Part shown: piece after piece, positions 17,542-26,344 of the stretch
How positions within the stretch are numbered: the first letter of the stretch is position 1
Layout of the letters: every line of letters starts with the position of its first letter
Source: an uncultured Gammaproteobacteria bacterium
GTDB taxonomy: Bacteria > Patescibacteriota > Microgenomatia > JALYQM01
Length of the DNA: 64,000 bases
Assembly: GCA_964403585.1 (NCBI GenBank)
Contig: CAYOFQ010000001.1
Coordinates: 712,630 to 776,629 of the forward strand
Direction of reading: 5' to 3'
The notes under the pieces: generated by a model
What the model was told of the DNA's origin: nothing
Databases searched by the model: none
The model's input: the letters and a program-made list of their open reading frames with translations, nothing else
Made by a program: the position numbers and the translations under genes

Positions 17542-17660
17542 ATGAATTCTCCTTAATGTAATTTAAAATTTCGAATTCACTCCGCGCATGCAATGCGTGG
17601 AGAAAACTCCTTATATTAATTAATCAAATCTCCGACGCGATTTTGAAATCGCGGAGGAAG

Positions 17661-18209
17661 TTAAGCGGCAGCTTTCTTCTCCTGAATCTGGTTTAATGCA
17701 TAAACCAAATTTCGGATGTTACCATTCAATACTCCTACCAAACCGGTAAGAGGTGCTACCAATCCGCCAACAACCTGTCCGCGGAGTTCCTGTTTACCAG
17801 GAAGCTTGCTTAAGGCTTTAACGCGATCGCCGGAAAGAACACTCATTTCGAGAATACCGTTCTTGATAGCCGGAAGATCATTGGATGTGGTTGCGAACTT
17901 AGTGAGAACCTTGAGCGGTCCAACTTCATCGTCATACGAGAAGAGAACGGCGGTTGGTCCGGCGAATGTGTCAGGAGTGACATCAGTCATACCTGCTTCA
18001 TTCAACGCGCGTGCAAAAATAGTGTTTTTTGTAACGCTGTATTCGCCGCTTTCACCAAGTGTCATACGAAGCTCGGAAAGTTTGACCATGCTTAATCCAC
18101 GGTAATCGGTAACGATCATGGATTTGGCGCGGCTAATTTTCTCTTTTATTTCAGCCAAAGTTGCTTCTTTCTTTGGTTTTTGTGACTTCTTATTCGCCAC
18201 TTTTGCCAT
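17661..18209 (-). CDS. rplJ: 50S ribosomal protein L10
   Basis: N-terminus MAKV...EIKEKISRAKSMIVTDYRGLSMVKLSELR is typical of L10. It lies immediately upstream of rplL. Confidence 0.9.
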   Translation of the reverse strand: MAKVANKKSQKPKKEATLAEIKEKISRAKSMIVTDYRGLSMVKLSELRMTLGESGEYSVTKNTIFARALNEAGMTDVTPDTFAGPTAVLFSYDDEVGPLKVLTKFATTSNDLPAIKNGILEMSVLSGDRVKALSKLPGKQELRGQVVGGLVAPLTGLVGVLNGNIRNLVYALNQIQEKKAAA

Positions 18210-18431
18210 AGTGTGTATTCACCTGCCCTTCATATGGATACCTATAAATACTAAAAAACGCCTGCTAAAGAGGCGTAACGAGACAAATTCGTGGGATAAC
18301 ACACCTGAAAACAGGAGAATTACCGGATTTTGAGCCTCGGTAGTCATGAAATTCATATTAAGCCTTTCGGCGACTACTGTCCTTAGCCTTGAAATTATAC
18401 CTGAAATATAGCCAAAAAGTCAACTAAAAGC

Positions 18432-19061
18432 CTATTCGGAGTGGGTCCGGCGCACCAACCAGCCATAATTCCCGTGATTAGTGAGGCTATATACCGCAGT
18501 TGTTGGAGCATCAGCTAAAGCAACCCGTACAACGGGCTCGAAATAGAGTCCGTGGATCATCAGGCTTCCGGCAACTTCAACGGGCTGAGTTATTATTAGT
18601 CGCAATTGCTGTTTTGGCTGCTCGTCATCTGAAATCGCTTCAGTTAGGTGGAAATTAGGATTCACCCTAGCACGGTACTCAGTATAACTCGTAAAATGCT
18701 CTTCTATTTGACCGAGCTGATATGAAGCAAAGGTAATCCTATCCAGATTAAGTTTTCTTGTCGGAGGTTCTACGCCATTCCCTCGTATAAGCTGAGCATA
18801 CCGACTACTGATACCATCAAGTATCGCGTAACTACCGTGACCGGACTCTGCGGTACGCATTCTGAGGGCACGCTTGTATCCCCATATCCGGTCGTCATAT
18901 CTCCCGGGTAGCACGGTTATTCTCCGCAAACCGTCATCACTCTGTCTCCGTATCTGATGGACTTCCATACCGGCGTTTTTGAACAACTGCATCAATGTCG
19001 CTTGTTCAACATCCTGATTGCCGGGAAGATTTTGTACGAGGTCTAATTGAGGAGTCTCCAT
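18432..19061 (-). CDS. hypothetical protein (209 aa)
   Basis: ORF only. No family recognised. Confidence 0.4.
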   Translation of the reverse strand: METPQLDLVQNLPGNQDVEQATLMQLFKNAGMEVHQIRRQSDDGLRRITVLPGRYDDRIWGYKRALRMRTAESGHGSYAILDGISSRYAQLIRGNGVEPPTRKLNLDRITFASYQLGQIEEHFTSYTEYRARVNPNFHLTEAISDDEQPKQQLRLIITQPVEVAGSLMIHGLYFEPVVRVALADAPTTAVYSLTNHGNYGWLVRRTHSE

Positions 19062-19178
19062 AAGTGGAGGAATTCTACACCGATCATTGGTTTATTTCAA
19101 GGACACTAATGACTTGAGTGTTGTTTCGGAGAGTTTTCGGGTATAGTATAATTGATGAACTGCCGCTAATATACACTC

Positions 19179-20201
19179 ATGAAACAAATCTTCGTCAAAG
19201 ACCTCAAGCCTGGTGCAACTTTCTCCAATATTCCTTTTGTGGTAATCAAATTTGAAAAGAAGCTCACGAAAACCGGTAAAGACTATATCGACATCACTAT
19301 CGGTGATCGTTCCGGGAGTATCGTCGGCAAAATCTGGAACGACAAATATGATGCCTGCTCGGTAGACAAGTTAAAAGATGGTGTCGTTGTGTTACTCTCC
19401 GGAACTGTTGGCGAGTTTATGAGCAAGGCGCAGGTTACAGTATCAATGGCAATTCTGGCTGATGCCTACGACGAAGAGGATTTTGTTCCGGTAACTAAAA
19501 AGAACATTGAAGATTTGATCGGCTACCTGCACGAGCAAATTGAAACAATCAACGATCGACACTTGAGAAAGTTATTGCGCAATATGCTGGGTGACGAAAA
19601 GTTCATGACTATTTTTAAGCGCACGCCGGCCGCCATGAAAATGCATCACGCGTACATGGGTGGATTGCTCGAGCACATTTGTGAAATGTTACAATTCGCT
19701 ATCCCGATGTGCGAAGCGTACCAGCCGTGTAATTGTGATCTGGTTAAAGCAGGCATTATTCTGCATGATATCGGCAAAACCGAAGAAATTATCTGGAAAA
19801 ACATGTCTATCGAGTATTCCGACCGGGGAAAACTGCTCGGGCATATTCAAATCGGACTCCAAATAATCGATAAGTACAAGCAGGCGGATTTCGATGGTGA
19901 ATGTCTCCAATTGCTGCAACACATCATTTTGGCGCACCACGGTAAACTCGAATATGGCGCGGTGGTCGTTCCGGCAACCATTGAAGCTAAAATAGTATCC
20001 CTGGCCGACGACGCTTCGGCTAAATTACGCGGGTACATGACCTTATACGAAGACGGTGTGAACAACGGCGCATCATTCTCGGAATATAGCCGCGCTCTCG
20101 AAACGATGGTCTATGTCAAAGAATATCAATCGGCGTTAGAACAGTTCATTGAAAAGGCCGAGGAAACCAACCAGCGATTGGAACAACTGGAATTGATATA
20201 A
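19179..20201 (+). CDS. yhaM: YhaM-like 3'-5' exoribonuclease (OB-fold + HD domain)
   Basis: N-terminal OB fold. HD motifs HHAYMGGLLEH, ILHDIGK, LAHHGKLEYG. Confidence 0.65.
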   Translation: MKQIFVKDLKPGATFSNIPFVVIKFEKKLTKTGKDYIDITIGDRSGSIVGKIWNDKYDACSVDKLKDGVVVLLSGTVGEFMSKAQVTVSMAILADAYDEEDFVPVTKKNIEDLIGYLHEQIETINDRHLRKLLRNMLGDEKFMTIFKRTPAAMKMHHAYMGGLLEHICEMLQFAIPMCEAYQPCNCDLVKAGIILHDIGKTEEIIWKNMSIEYSDRGKLLGHIQIGLQIIDKYKQADFDGECLQLLQHIILAHHGKLEYGAVVVPATIEAKIVSLADDASAKLRGYMTLYEDGVNNGASFSEYSRALETMVYVKEYQSALEQFIEKAEETNQRLEQLELI

Positions 20202-20221
20202 AATAGCTGTACACTAGTGGT

Positions 20222-20674
20222 ATGGAACAGGAATTAATCGTAACCCCTAAGCCTCGCGAAAAAAGAAAAGCCATCGAACTCCTGAGCGATGAAGAGATAC
20301 ATGATTTCCGCCAAAATGTTTTCGACGCGTTAAAGCAGAAATTAGAGCAATTTAGCATCCAAGACGATATGGAAGAGCATTACCGTAAGACAAACTGGGA
20401 AAGTAAAGACCGCGCCATACTCGGCATCAGTGATAAAACAGGTAAAAACAACATCGATTTATTCTTCACGGCTCTTAAAGAAGAAAATGAGTTAACTTCT
20501 TTCTGCTTATCTGTCATCGATCGAAAATCACAACGAAAAGACCGGATCGCTTTTTTCAAGGGTTCACACGTCATAGTTATCGAAAGCGAAAATGAACACA
20601 ATATCTCTCCTTTGGATACACTGAAAAAAGATGAGTTTGAAGACGTGATAAATCTGATAAAAGATTATAAATAG
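20222..20674 (+). CDS. hypothetical protein (150 aa)
   Basis: ORF only. Confidence 0.35.
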   Translation: MEQELIVTPKPREKRKAIELLSDEEIHDFRQNVFDALKQKLEQFSIQDDMEEHYRKTNWESKDRAILGISDKTGKNNIDLFFTALKEENELTSFCLSVIDRKSQRKDRIAFFKGSHVIVIESENEHNISPLDTLKKDEFEDVINLIKDYK

Positions 20675-20686
20675 ATAGTAGCTAAA

Positions 20687-23404
20687 CTACTTCTTTTTTC
20701 TCTTTTTATATTCTACAACTCCATTGAGGTCATCTTCGATAATTTCTGTATACGTTTTCATCCAGGTTTCAAATTGTTCGCCATCGATAATTCGCTTTGC
20801 TTTCTTATGGAGCAGCTCGTTCATAATTTCTGTTAAACTTTCCGGACCTTCAATTTCATATTTCTTTAACCCGATCCGGTACGTGTCTTTGGTGCCTAAT
20901 CGCTTAAGTGTTCTAAATGCTTTTTGCAACTCACGGTCGTAATCGGCCAAAGTGGCTTCTGCCCGACAGTAAAGAGACCATGTCTGGATGAGCGGTTCAA
21001 TCGCATTGTAATATTTATCGGTTAGCTTATTTGATTCTTCCACCCCTATACGTTCACTAGGGAACTGTCGAATATTATAAATAAACTCATGCCATAATGT
21101 TGGAACATCTGCAGGTTCAAGTCTGACTCTAAACACCTGATATTTTCCGTCGGGATGATCGGTAATACCTACCACTCCAAGGTTATCGACCATTTTATGA
21201 ATATCGAAATTATCTACTGTCTGGTTACGGGGGCGGGCAGTATCAAAACCTAAAGAGACGAGGTCTTCCATTTTTTCGCGAACCTCACTTTCTGCTATAG
21301 AAGTTGGACATACTGAAACCATTCCTCCGGACTGAGCAATCAGATTGACTGCTCTTTGAAAAGTACGTGCTGGTTTTTCTACCAACCGCTCAGTTGTCAT
21401 TCCAAGTGGAGCTGTGTATAACGCGGTCATAGCCAGTCCACGTCGTGCACGATCAAGCTCTCCGGATGTCTCTCGAATATATCGTTCGTAATATTCTTTA
21501 CCGAACAAATTTGAGTGAAGTAGGGGCAACATCGCAATCACCACCGATTGCAAATTATCATCACGTATATCGGCAGGTTTCCAAAGCGCTTCCCTGGCAT
21601 TGACCAGTAACTGAAAGTCGGTTGTATTATTGGCCATCGCGAGAACTTGTGCCATTACCACCGACTCATTAAATTTATACCGACGTTTTGTCAATTTAGG
21701 AACACCGCCCTCAGGATCCTCTTCGATCTCATCGCGATCAAAGTAAACGCGCGGTATTTCCAAATGCAAATATTCTGTCGCAACTGCCTCCATCAACGGG
21801 TAGTGGCGTGGCGGCAGTTTCTCTTTAGGCGGCAAACCGTTTTGTCGGCGAACTTCAGCATAATCGTGTTCGCCATTAAGAATCTTAGGAAAAGGGGCAA
21901 TGCGTATCGGCTCTTTGGCGTACTGTGCAACGTAATCACGAATTCCTAATGCAGTGTCGACCACATACGGTAGAACTGGTGCACCGTTCCAACGATGATT
22001 AACTTTAAAGTGCACATCGGCGTTCACGGCATTGAAAGTCAGGCACCAATCCGCGTCCGCAGTGTTCCCTAAGGACTGGGGGTCGTGGGTATTCCAGGCT
22101 GACAAATCTTCGTTATCAAAATACTGAGGAAAATGGTGATCGGGAGGCTCCGAGCGGTGATAATTTACTATGTACTGCGGCTTGTTGCGATAAAAAGCAG
22201 CATATAATGGTTGGTCCTTACGGTCATTTGAATAACATTGCCGGTGCAATGCCGCCCGCTGTACTCCGTCGATTTTAAGAAAATGAAATGGTTTAACGCG
22301 AACGAAATCATATATACGATTCATGATTTCCTCTCTGCGTACATCAGGATCTCCAATTTTAAGGAGGCTCTCTACATCGGTGGAGAAGTCAGCACGATAC
22401 TCCTCATCGAGTAAAATGGTCATCCGAAAGCTCTTTTTTGCGTCTTCAAATTCTGCCCGGTCTTTTTCATCTAAATTCGGTTGAGCACTTTGAGCTTCAA
22501 TATAGCGAAGATGATGGTCTATGTGCGCATGGATCAACCCTGCAGTTACTGCTGGAGCTTCTGTTTTTAACATCATCCATTGGTCTTTATCGTGATATCT
22601 AAAACTCCATCGGTATTTAGCAGATTCGGTATCTAACCGTCGGTCAACCTCTTTGCGTAATTCGAACCAGCGGCTTAAATCGTCCAGCCAACCGGCACGC
22701 ATCCCGGCCGAAAAGTTCAGAATGGCAACGTTAACAAAACTGAACGGTTCGCTCGCGCCAGAGCAGAATTCAAGATATTTACGAGCTGCTACACGGCTCG
22801 CTTTGACATCTTCAACAAACTCTTTGGTGTAGTAAAACGGTTTGTTTTCTGACTCAGTGGTATAAAACCACGATACCCCCTCTCGAAGATGTGCATACAA
22901 CACTTTAAGCATCGCAGCTTTGTCCTGCGCCGAAGCTTGACTCGAATAGCTCTCATCAGAAGTAACCGTGTCTATCAATTTTTCATAAGTACTGATAGCC
23001 TCTCCCGGCGAAGTAGCCATATCCAGATGATCAATAGCTTCGACAATGCTTTGTTTTATTTCCGGACGGAGTGCTTCATACGCTAATGCTGTCTGCTGAA
23101 CATTGAGCTGACTTGTGTCCTTCAGCATTTCGGCAATAACGCGCTGGTGCTCAACAACTTGCTGAATACGCTGCGAGGTTGTTTCAAGATCTGTTTCATT
23201 GATGATAGAGGCATCCTTCAACTGTTTAAGGTGCAGGAGCGCCGACCCCCTGATAGTATCAATACTGTGCGAGTCCCGTGCATTTATTAACAAAGTTGCA
23301 CTTAACCATTCAACTTGTTTAGAAGGCGAAAGACCATCCGGTACCTCACCCCGTTTTGCTTCCTGTGCGATCACATCAATTGGCTGTGCTTCAGAATCTG
23401 ACAT
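20687..23404 (-). CDS. large hypothetical protein (905 aa), ORFan
   Basis: Long uninterrupted ORF with native codon usage. No recognisable domain. Confidence 0.55.
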   Translation of the reverse strand: MSDSEAQPIDVIAQEAKRGEVPDGLSPSKQVEWLSATLLINARDSHSIDTIRGSALLHLKQLKDASIINETDLETTSQRIQQVVEHQRVIAEMLKDTSQLNVQQTALAYEALRPEIKQSIVEAIDHLDMATSPGEAISTYEKLIDTVTSDESYSSQASAQDKAAMLKVLYAHLREGVSWFYTTESENKPFYYTKEFVEDVKASRVAARKYLEFCSGASEPFSFVNVAILNFSAGMRAGWLDDLSRWFELRKEVDRRLDTESAKYRWSFRYHDKDQWMMLKTEAPAVTAGLIHAHIDHHLRYIEAQSAQPNLDEKDRAEFEDAKKSFRMTILLDEEYRADFSTDVESLLKIGDPDVRREEIMNRIYDFVRVKPFHFLKIDGVQRAALHRQCYSNDRKDQPLYAAFYRNKPQYIVNYHRSEPPDHHFPQYFDNEDLSAWNTHDPQSLGNTADADWCLTFNAVNADVHFKVNHRWNGAPVLPYVVDTALGIRDYVAQYAKEPIRIAPFPKILNGEHDYAEVRRQNGLPPKEKLPPRHYPLMEAVATEYLHLEIPRVYFDRDEIEEDPEGGVPKLTKRRYKFNESVVMAQVLAMANNTTDFQLLVNAREALWKPADIRDDNLQSVVIAMLPLLHSNLFGKEYYERYIRETSGELDRARRGLAMTALYTAPLGMTTERLVEKPARTFQRAVNLIAQSGGMVSVCPTSIAESEVREKMEDLVSLGFDTARPRNQTVDNFDIHKMVDNLGVVGITDHPDGKYQVFRVRLEPADVPTLWHEFIYNIRQFPSERIGVEESNKLTDKYYNAIEPLIQTWSLYCRAEATLADYDRELQKAFRTLKRLGTKDTYRIGLKKYEIEGPESLTEIMNELLHKKAKRIIDGEQFETWMKTYTEIIEDDLNGVVEYKKRKKK

Positions 23405-23452
23405 ACTAATTCAATAATGTTATTATATAAAGCAAGAGAACAAATAATCCAT

Positions 23453-23806
23453 ATGGCACTCAATCAATATTACGGCAATGCAATCTGGACCAACCACGCG
23501 CTTGAGCGTATTGGCCAGCGCGGGCTCACACAGGAACTCGTCTGGAAAGCCTTTAACATGCCGGAAAAATCACTTCAGGGTAAAAATCCGGGAACTATGG
23601 AATACCAGCGGACGTTCGGTAAATCTGTAGTCACCGTTATTGCTAAACAGAATGAGAAGCGGGAATGGTTAATTCTTTCCTGCTGGATCGACCCGCCGCT
23701 GCCCGGTTCAATCGATATTAAAAAGCGGGAAGAGTGGAAGAAATACAAAAAAGCTGGTTTCTGGGGTAAATTTTGGTTGACTTTAAGAAAGCAACTCGGG
23801 TTATAA
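23453..23806 (+). CDS. DUF4258-like small protein (HAxER motif; toxin-like domain)
   Basis: WTNHALERIGQRGLTQELVWKAF...VVTVI fits the DUF4258 HAxxR pattern. The start is set at the internal M. Confidence 0.45.
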   Translation: MALNQYYGNAIWTNHALERIGQRGLTQELVWKAFNMPEKSLQGKNPGTMEYQRTFGKSVVTVIAKQNEKREWLILSCWIDPPLPGSIDIKKREEWKKYKKAGFWGKFWLTLRKQLGL

Positions 23807-23813
23807 TGAGTGC

Positions 23814-26297
23814 ATGTCTATCCCAGAATACGGCACTCCTGACATTCGCAAAGAAGCCGAACGCAAGTACGGCAATATCGAAGCTAATCAGAAAGATACA
23901 CTTCGACAAGAATTCTCCTCAATGCTGGAGAAGGTTGACCGCGAAGATCTTCGTCAAACAGTCCTTTGGGACATTCAACATAATGCTGAAGATATCAGCC
24001 GAATGTTACAAAAACTCAACAAATATAAACTTAAAAACGGTGAATCCCATCCACTTGACCTGTGTCTGGTATTGCTTACCGCCGCCGGAGCCGACATGGA
24101 CGGGTTAGAAATACAAAAGAAGGAGCCAGATCCAAGTGAAAAAGTTACCAGCATCGAAGTTCCATTTAAAAATGAGCTATTAAAAATCGAAAATGTTTGG
24201 CAATCGGTAAGAAGATCGCGCGAAAAAGTATTTGATGAATACGGGAATTCTGTGCAGAGAGAGTATCTTATAACTGAGTTTAAATTAAGCGACTGTATTC
24301 GTATCGACACACAGGATAAAAACTTAAGCTCACGGGAGGAATTTTTAGCCAGGGCAATGACGCAATATTTACAGATGCGCTATCAGTGGGACAGCAATAT
24401 CTTTCAGGATAAGAAGTACCAGGTAATTAAGGAATTAAACGATGATGAAACCAAACTTGTAGACAGCGTTTTTGATGAGTTGGATATTAGCAAAAAAGAG
24501 CAGTACAGCTTCGAGGGACTGTCTAAAAAGAATATCGAGAAAAGAGTTGTATTCAATAAGAGTTTGTTCTGGAATAAAGGGCATTCTTCCGAAAGGCGAC
24601 GATATTCCAGTCTCGACAATGTCGTACTTTCTTTAGGTATCGGGCAAATGCTGACACGCGATTCAGTCGTTGTTAACGGGCACCACGGTTGGTGCGGTGA
24701 CCCGGAGGCGATGATGGGGATAGTAGCTCAGACGATGTACAAAGCCAACCGGGCCCTTGCTGCGCAGGAGGGGAGGGGTAAGTATACCAGTGTGGTAGGC
24801 ATTACAGCCGAAAATCTGGGTATAGTCCCAATTCCTGAGGAGAAGCAACTACATAAACGGTTCATGGAAAAATTAAAGCGCCGATTTGGGAAAATTCAAA
24901 ACCCAAACTTGTCGGAAGGTTTTTTCAAAGAATTTCGTTACGCAGAGACTTCCGAGAGGGCTGCTTTTGATCCTGAGACATACGGTCGTGACATGGAGTG
25001 GACAGCCAATCATATTTTCGGATTACTTGGCCAAAAAGATGGAGAAGGGCCTAAAAACTTATGGATCGGGTGGTCGTATGGTGGTGCCGGCGCAGAAGAA
25101 TTCGCAGCACGAATTTTGTCCCGTGTTGAAGATAACTGGATGGATCAAGCTCCAAAACTCTATGCAACTCTCGGTGCAGAGTATCAACGCTGTATTGACC
25201 TTATTAATGATGACAAGTCGACACCCGACCTGCTTAAGCGAACAGCAGTACTGTATCCTGTGTTACGGAAACTGCATCAGGTACTTCAGGATCCGCATTT
25301 GCCCGAGTTCAAAGACTGGCAACATGTCGGTGCTCCTGATCTCATAGTCTTACCACATGCTTCGGCGGTTAATGACACCTGTGATTTTTTAGGGCCAGGG
25401 CGACTGGATGCTTTCCTGAAGAAGTTCGGCGAATTTTCCGCGAGTGCGGGCTCAGGATTTTTGGTAGGCACGGGAACCGGGTTGCATCGTGTTCGGGCGA
25501 CAGGCTTAGCCCCAGTCCGTTGGGCCTTAGAAGGTATTGCCGGTGTCTACACTAAAATGATTCTTTATACAGGCACAATCCAGCCCGAGGAACGGGAAGA
25601 GCTTGATCGCATTGGAAAACGCCACAAAGTAAACTATTCTTCACCAATTAACGGACAGGATGTCGTCGGTGAACAATCCCGGGGATTGCGCCTTTATAAA
25701 GGGAAATCTGAGGAGGCCTCACGATTACTCCGCACTCATCAGCTATTCGTTATGCATGCCATGGGCTATGGTGATTTTTTGGTTAACTTTAAAAAATGGT
25801 CCAATTCTCAAGCCAATTCCGACACTGATATGCTAACCACAGTCGACGATTTCGGTCACAGTATTGTTGCTAAAAAAGAACATAAGGAACGGATGCCGAT
25901 AGACATGTATATTGAAGCTTCAAAGACACAGTTATACGCCTTCCGCGAGAAAATGAAACAATTGGCGGGATTAAACATAGGATTTTCACCGGGAAGAGAC
26001 TTTATTAACGCTGAGGAAACGGATTTATTCGGGCGTTTTGTTGAGAGTAACTGGGATTTGACCCTACGTCATCTCGACGAGCCTACGGTCTTGGCGCGTA
26101 AAGAAATCTATGAGGATGTCGATAAGATCTTTATTAATGATCCGCAGTTGGGCCTTCGGGCGATGCAAGTATTAGAAGAACATGAACCCCACCTGTTTAT
26201 GCCCCGACCATTAAAGCCAACCGATAACCGTGGAGCACTCATGCGTCTGGAAAACATCAGGAGCAAAATTGCCGCTTCGCTATTAAGTGTGATTTAA
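23814..26297 (+). CDS. large hypothetical protein (827 aa), ORFan
   Basis: Long ORF that starts 8 nt after the DUF4258 gene. No recognisable domain. Confidence 0.55.
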   Translation: MSIPEYGTPDIRKEAERKYGNIEANQKDTLRQEFSSMLEKVDREDLRQTVLWDIQHNAEDISRMLQKLNKYKLKNGESHPLDLCLVLLTAAGADMDGLEIQKKEPDPSEKVTSIEVPFKNELLKIENVWQSVRRSREKVFDEYGNSVQREYLITEFKLSDCIRIDTQDKNLSSREEFLARAMTQYLQMRYQWDSNIFQDKKYQVIKELNDDETKLVDSVFDELDISKKEQYSFEGLSKKNIEKRVVFNKSLFWNKGHSSERRRYSSLDNVVLSLGIGQMLTRDSVVVNGHHGWCGDPEAMMGIVAQTMYKANRALAAQEGRGKYTSVVGITAENLGIVPIPEEKQLHKRFMEKLKRRFGKIQNPNLSEGFFKEFRYAETSERAAFDPETYGRDMEWTANHIFGLLGQKDGEGPKNLWIGWSYGGAGAEEFAARILSRVEDNWMDQAPKLYATLGAEYQRCIDLINDDKSTPDLLKRTAVLYPVLRKLHQVLQDPHLPEFKDWQHVGAPDLIVLPHASAVNDTCDFLGPGRLDAFLKKFGEFSASAGSGFLVGTGTGLHRVRATGLAPVRWALEGIAGVYTKMILYTGTIQPEEREELDRIGKRHKVNYSSPINGQDVVGEQSRGLRLYKGKSEEASRLLRTHQLFVMHAMGYGDFLVNFKKWSNSQANSDTDMLTTVDDFGHSIVAKKEHKERMPIDMYIEASKTQLYAFREKMKQLAGLNIGFSPGRDFINAEETDLFGRFVESNWDLTLRHLDEPTVLARKEIYEDVDKIFINDPQLGLRAMQVLEEHEPHLFMPRPLKPTDNRGALMRLENIRSKIAASLLSVI

Positions 26298-26344
26298 ATC
26301 TCAGTGCTCCCACTTGCATCTCTCCAACATTTGATCAACAATAA

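Noticed and set aside
17177-17545. 122-aa + strand ORF (Ala/Ser-rich) opposite rplL, and 17716..18105 opposite rplJ
   Set aside because: Antisense shadows of highly expressed ribosomal protein genes with biased composition.
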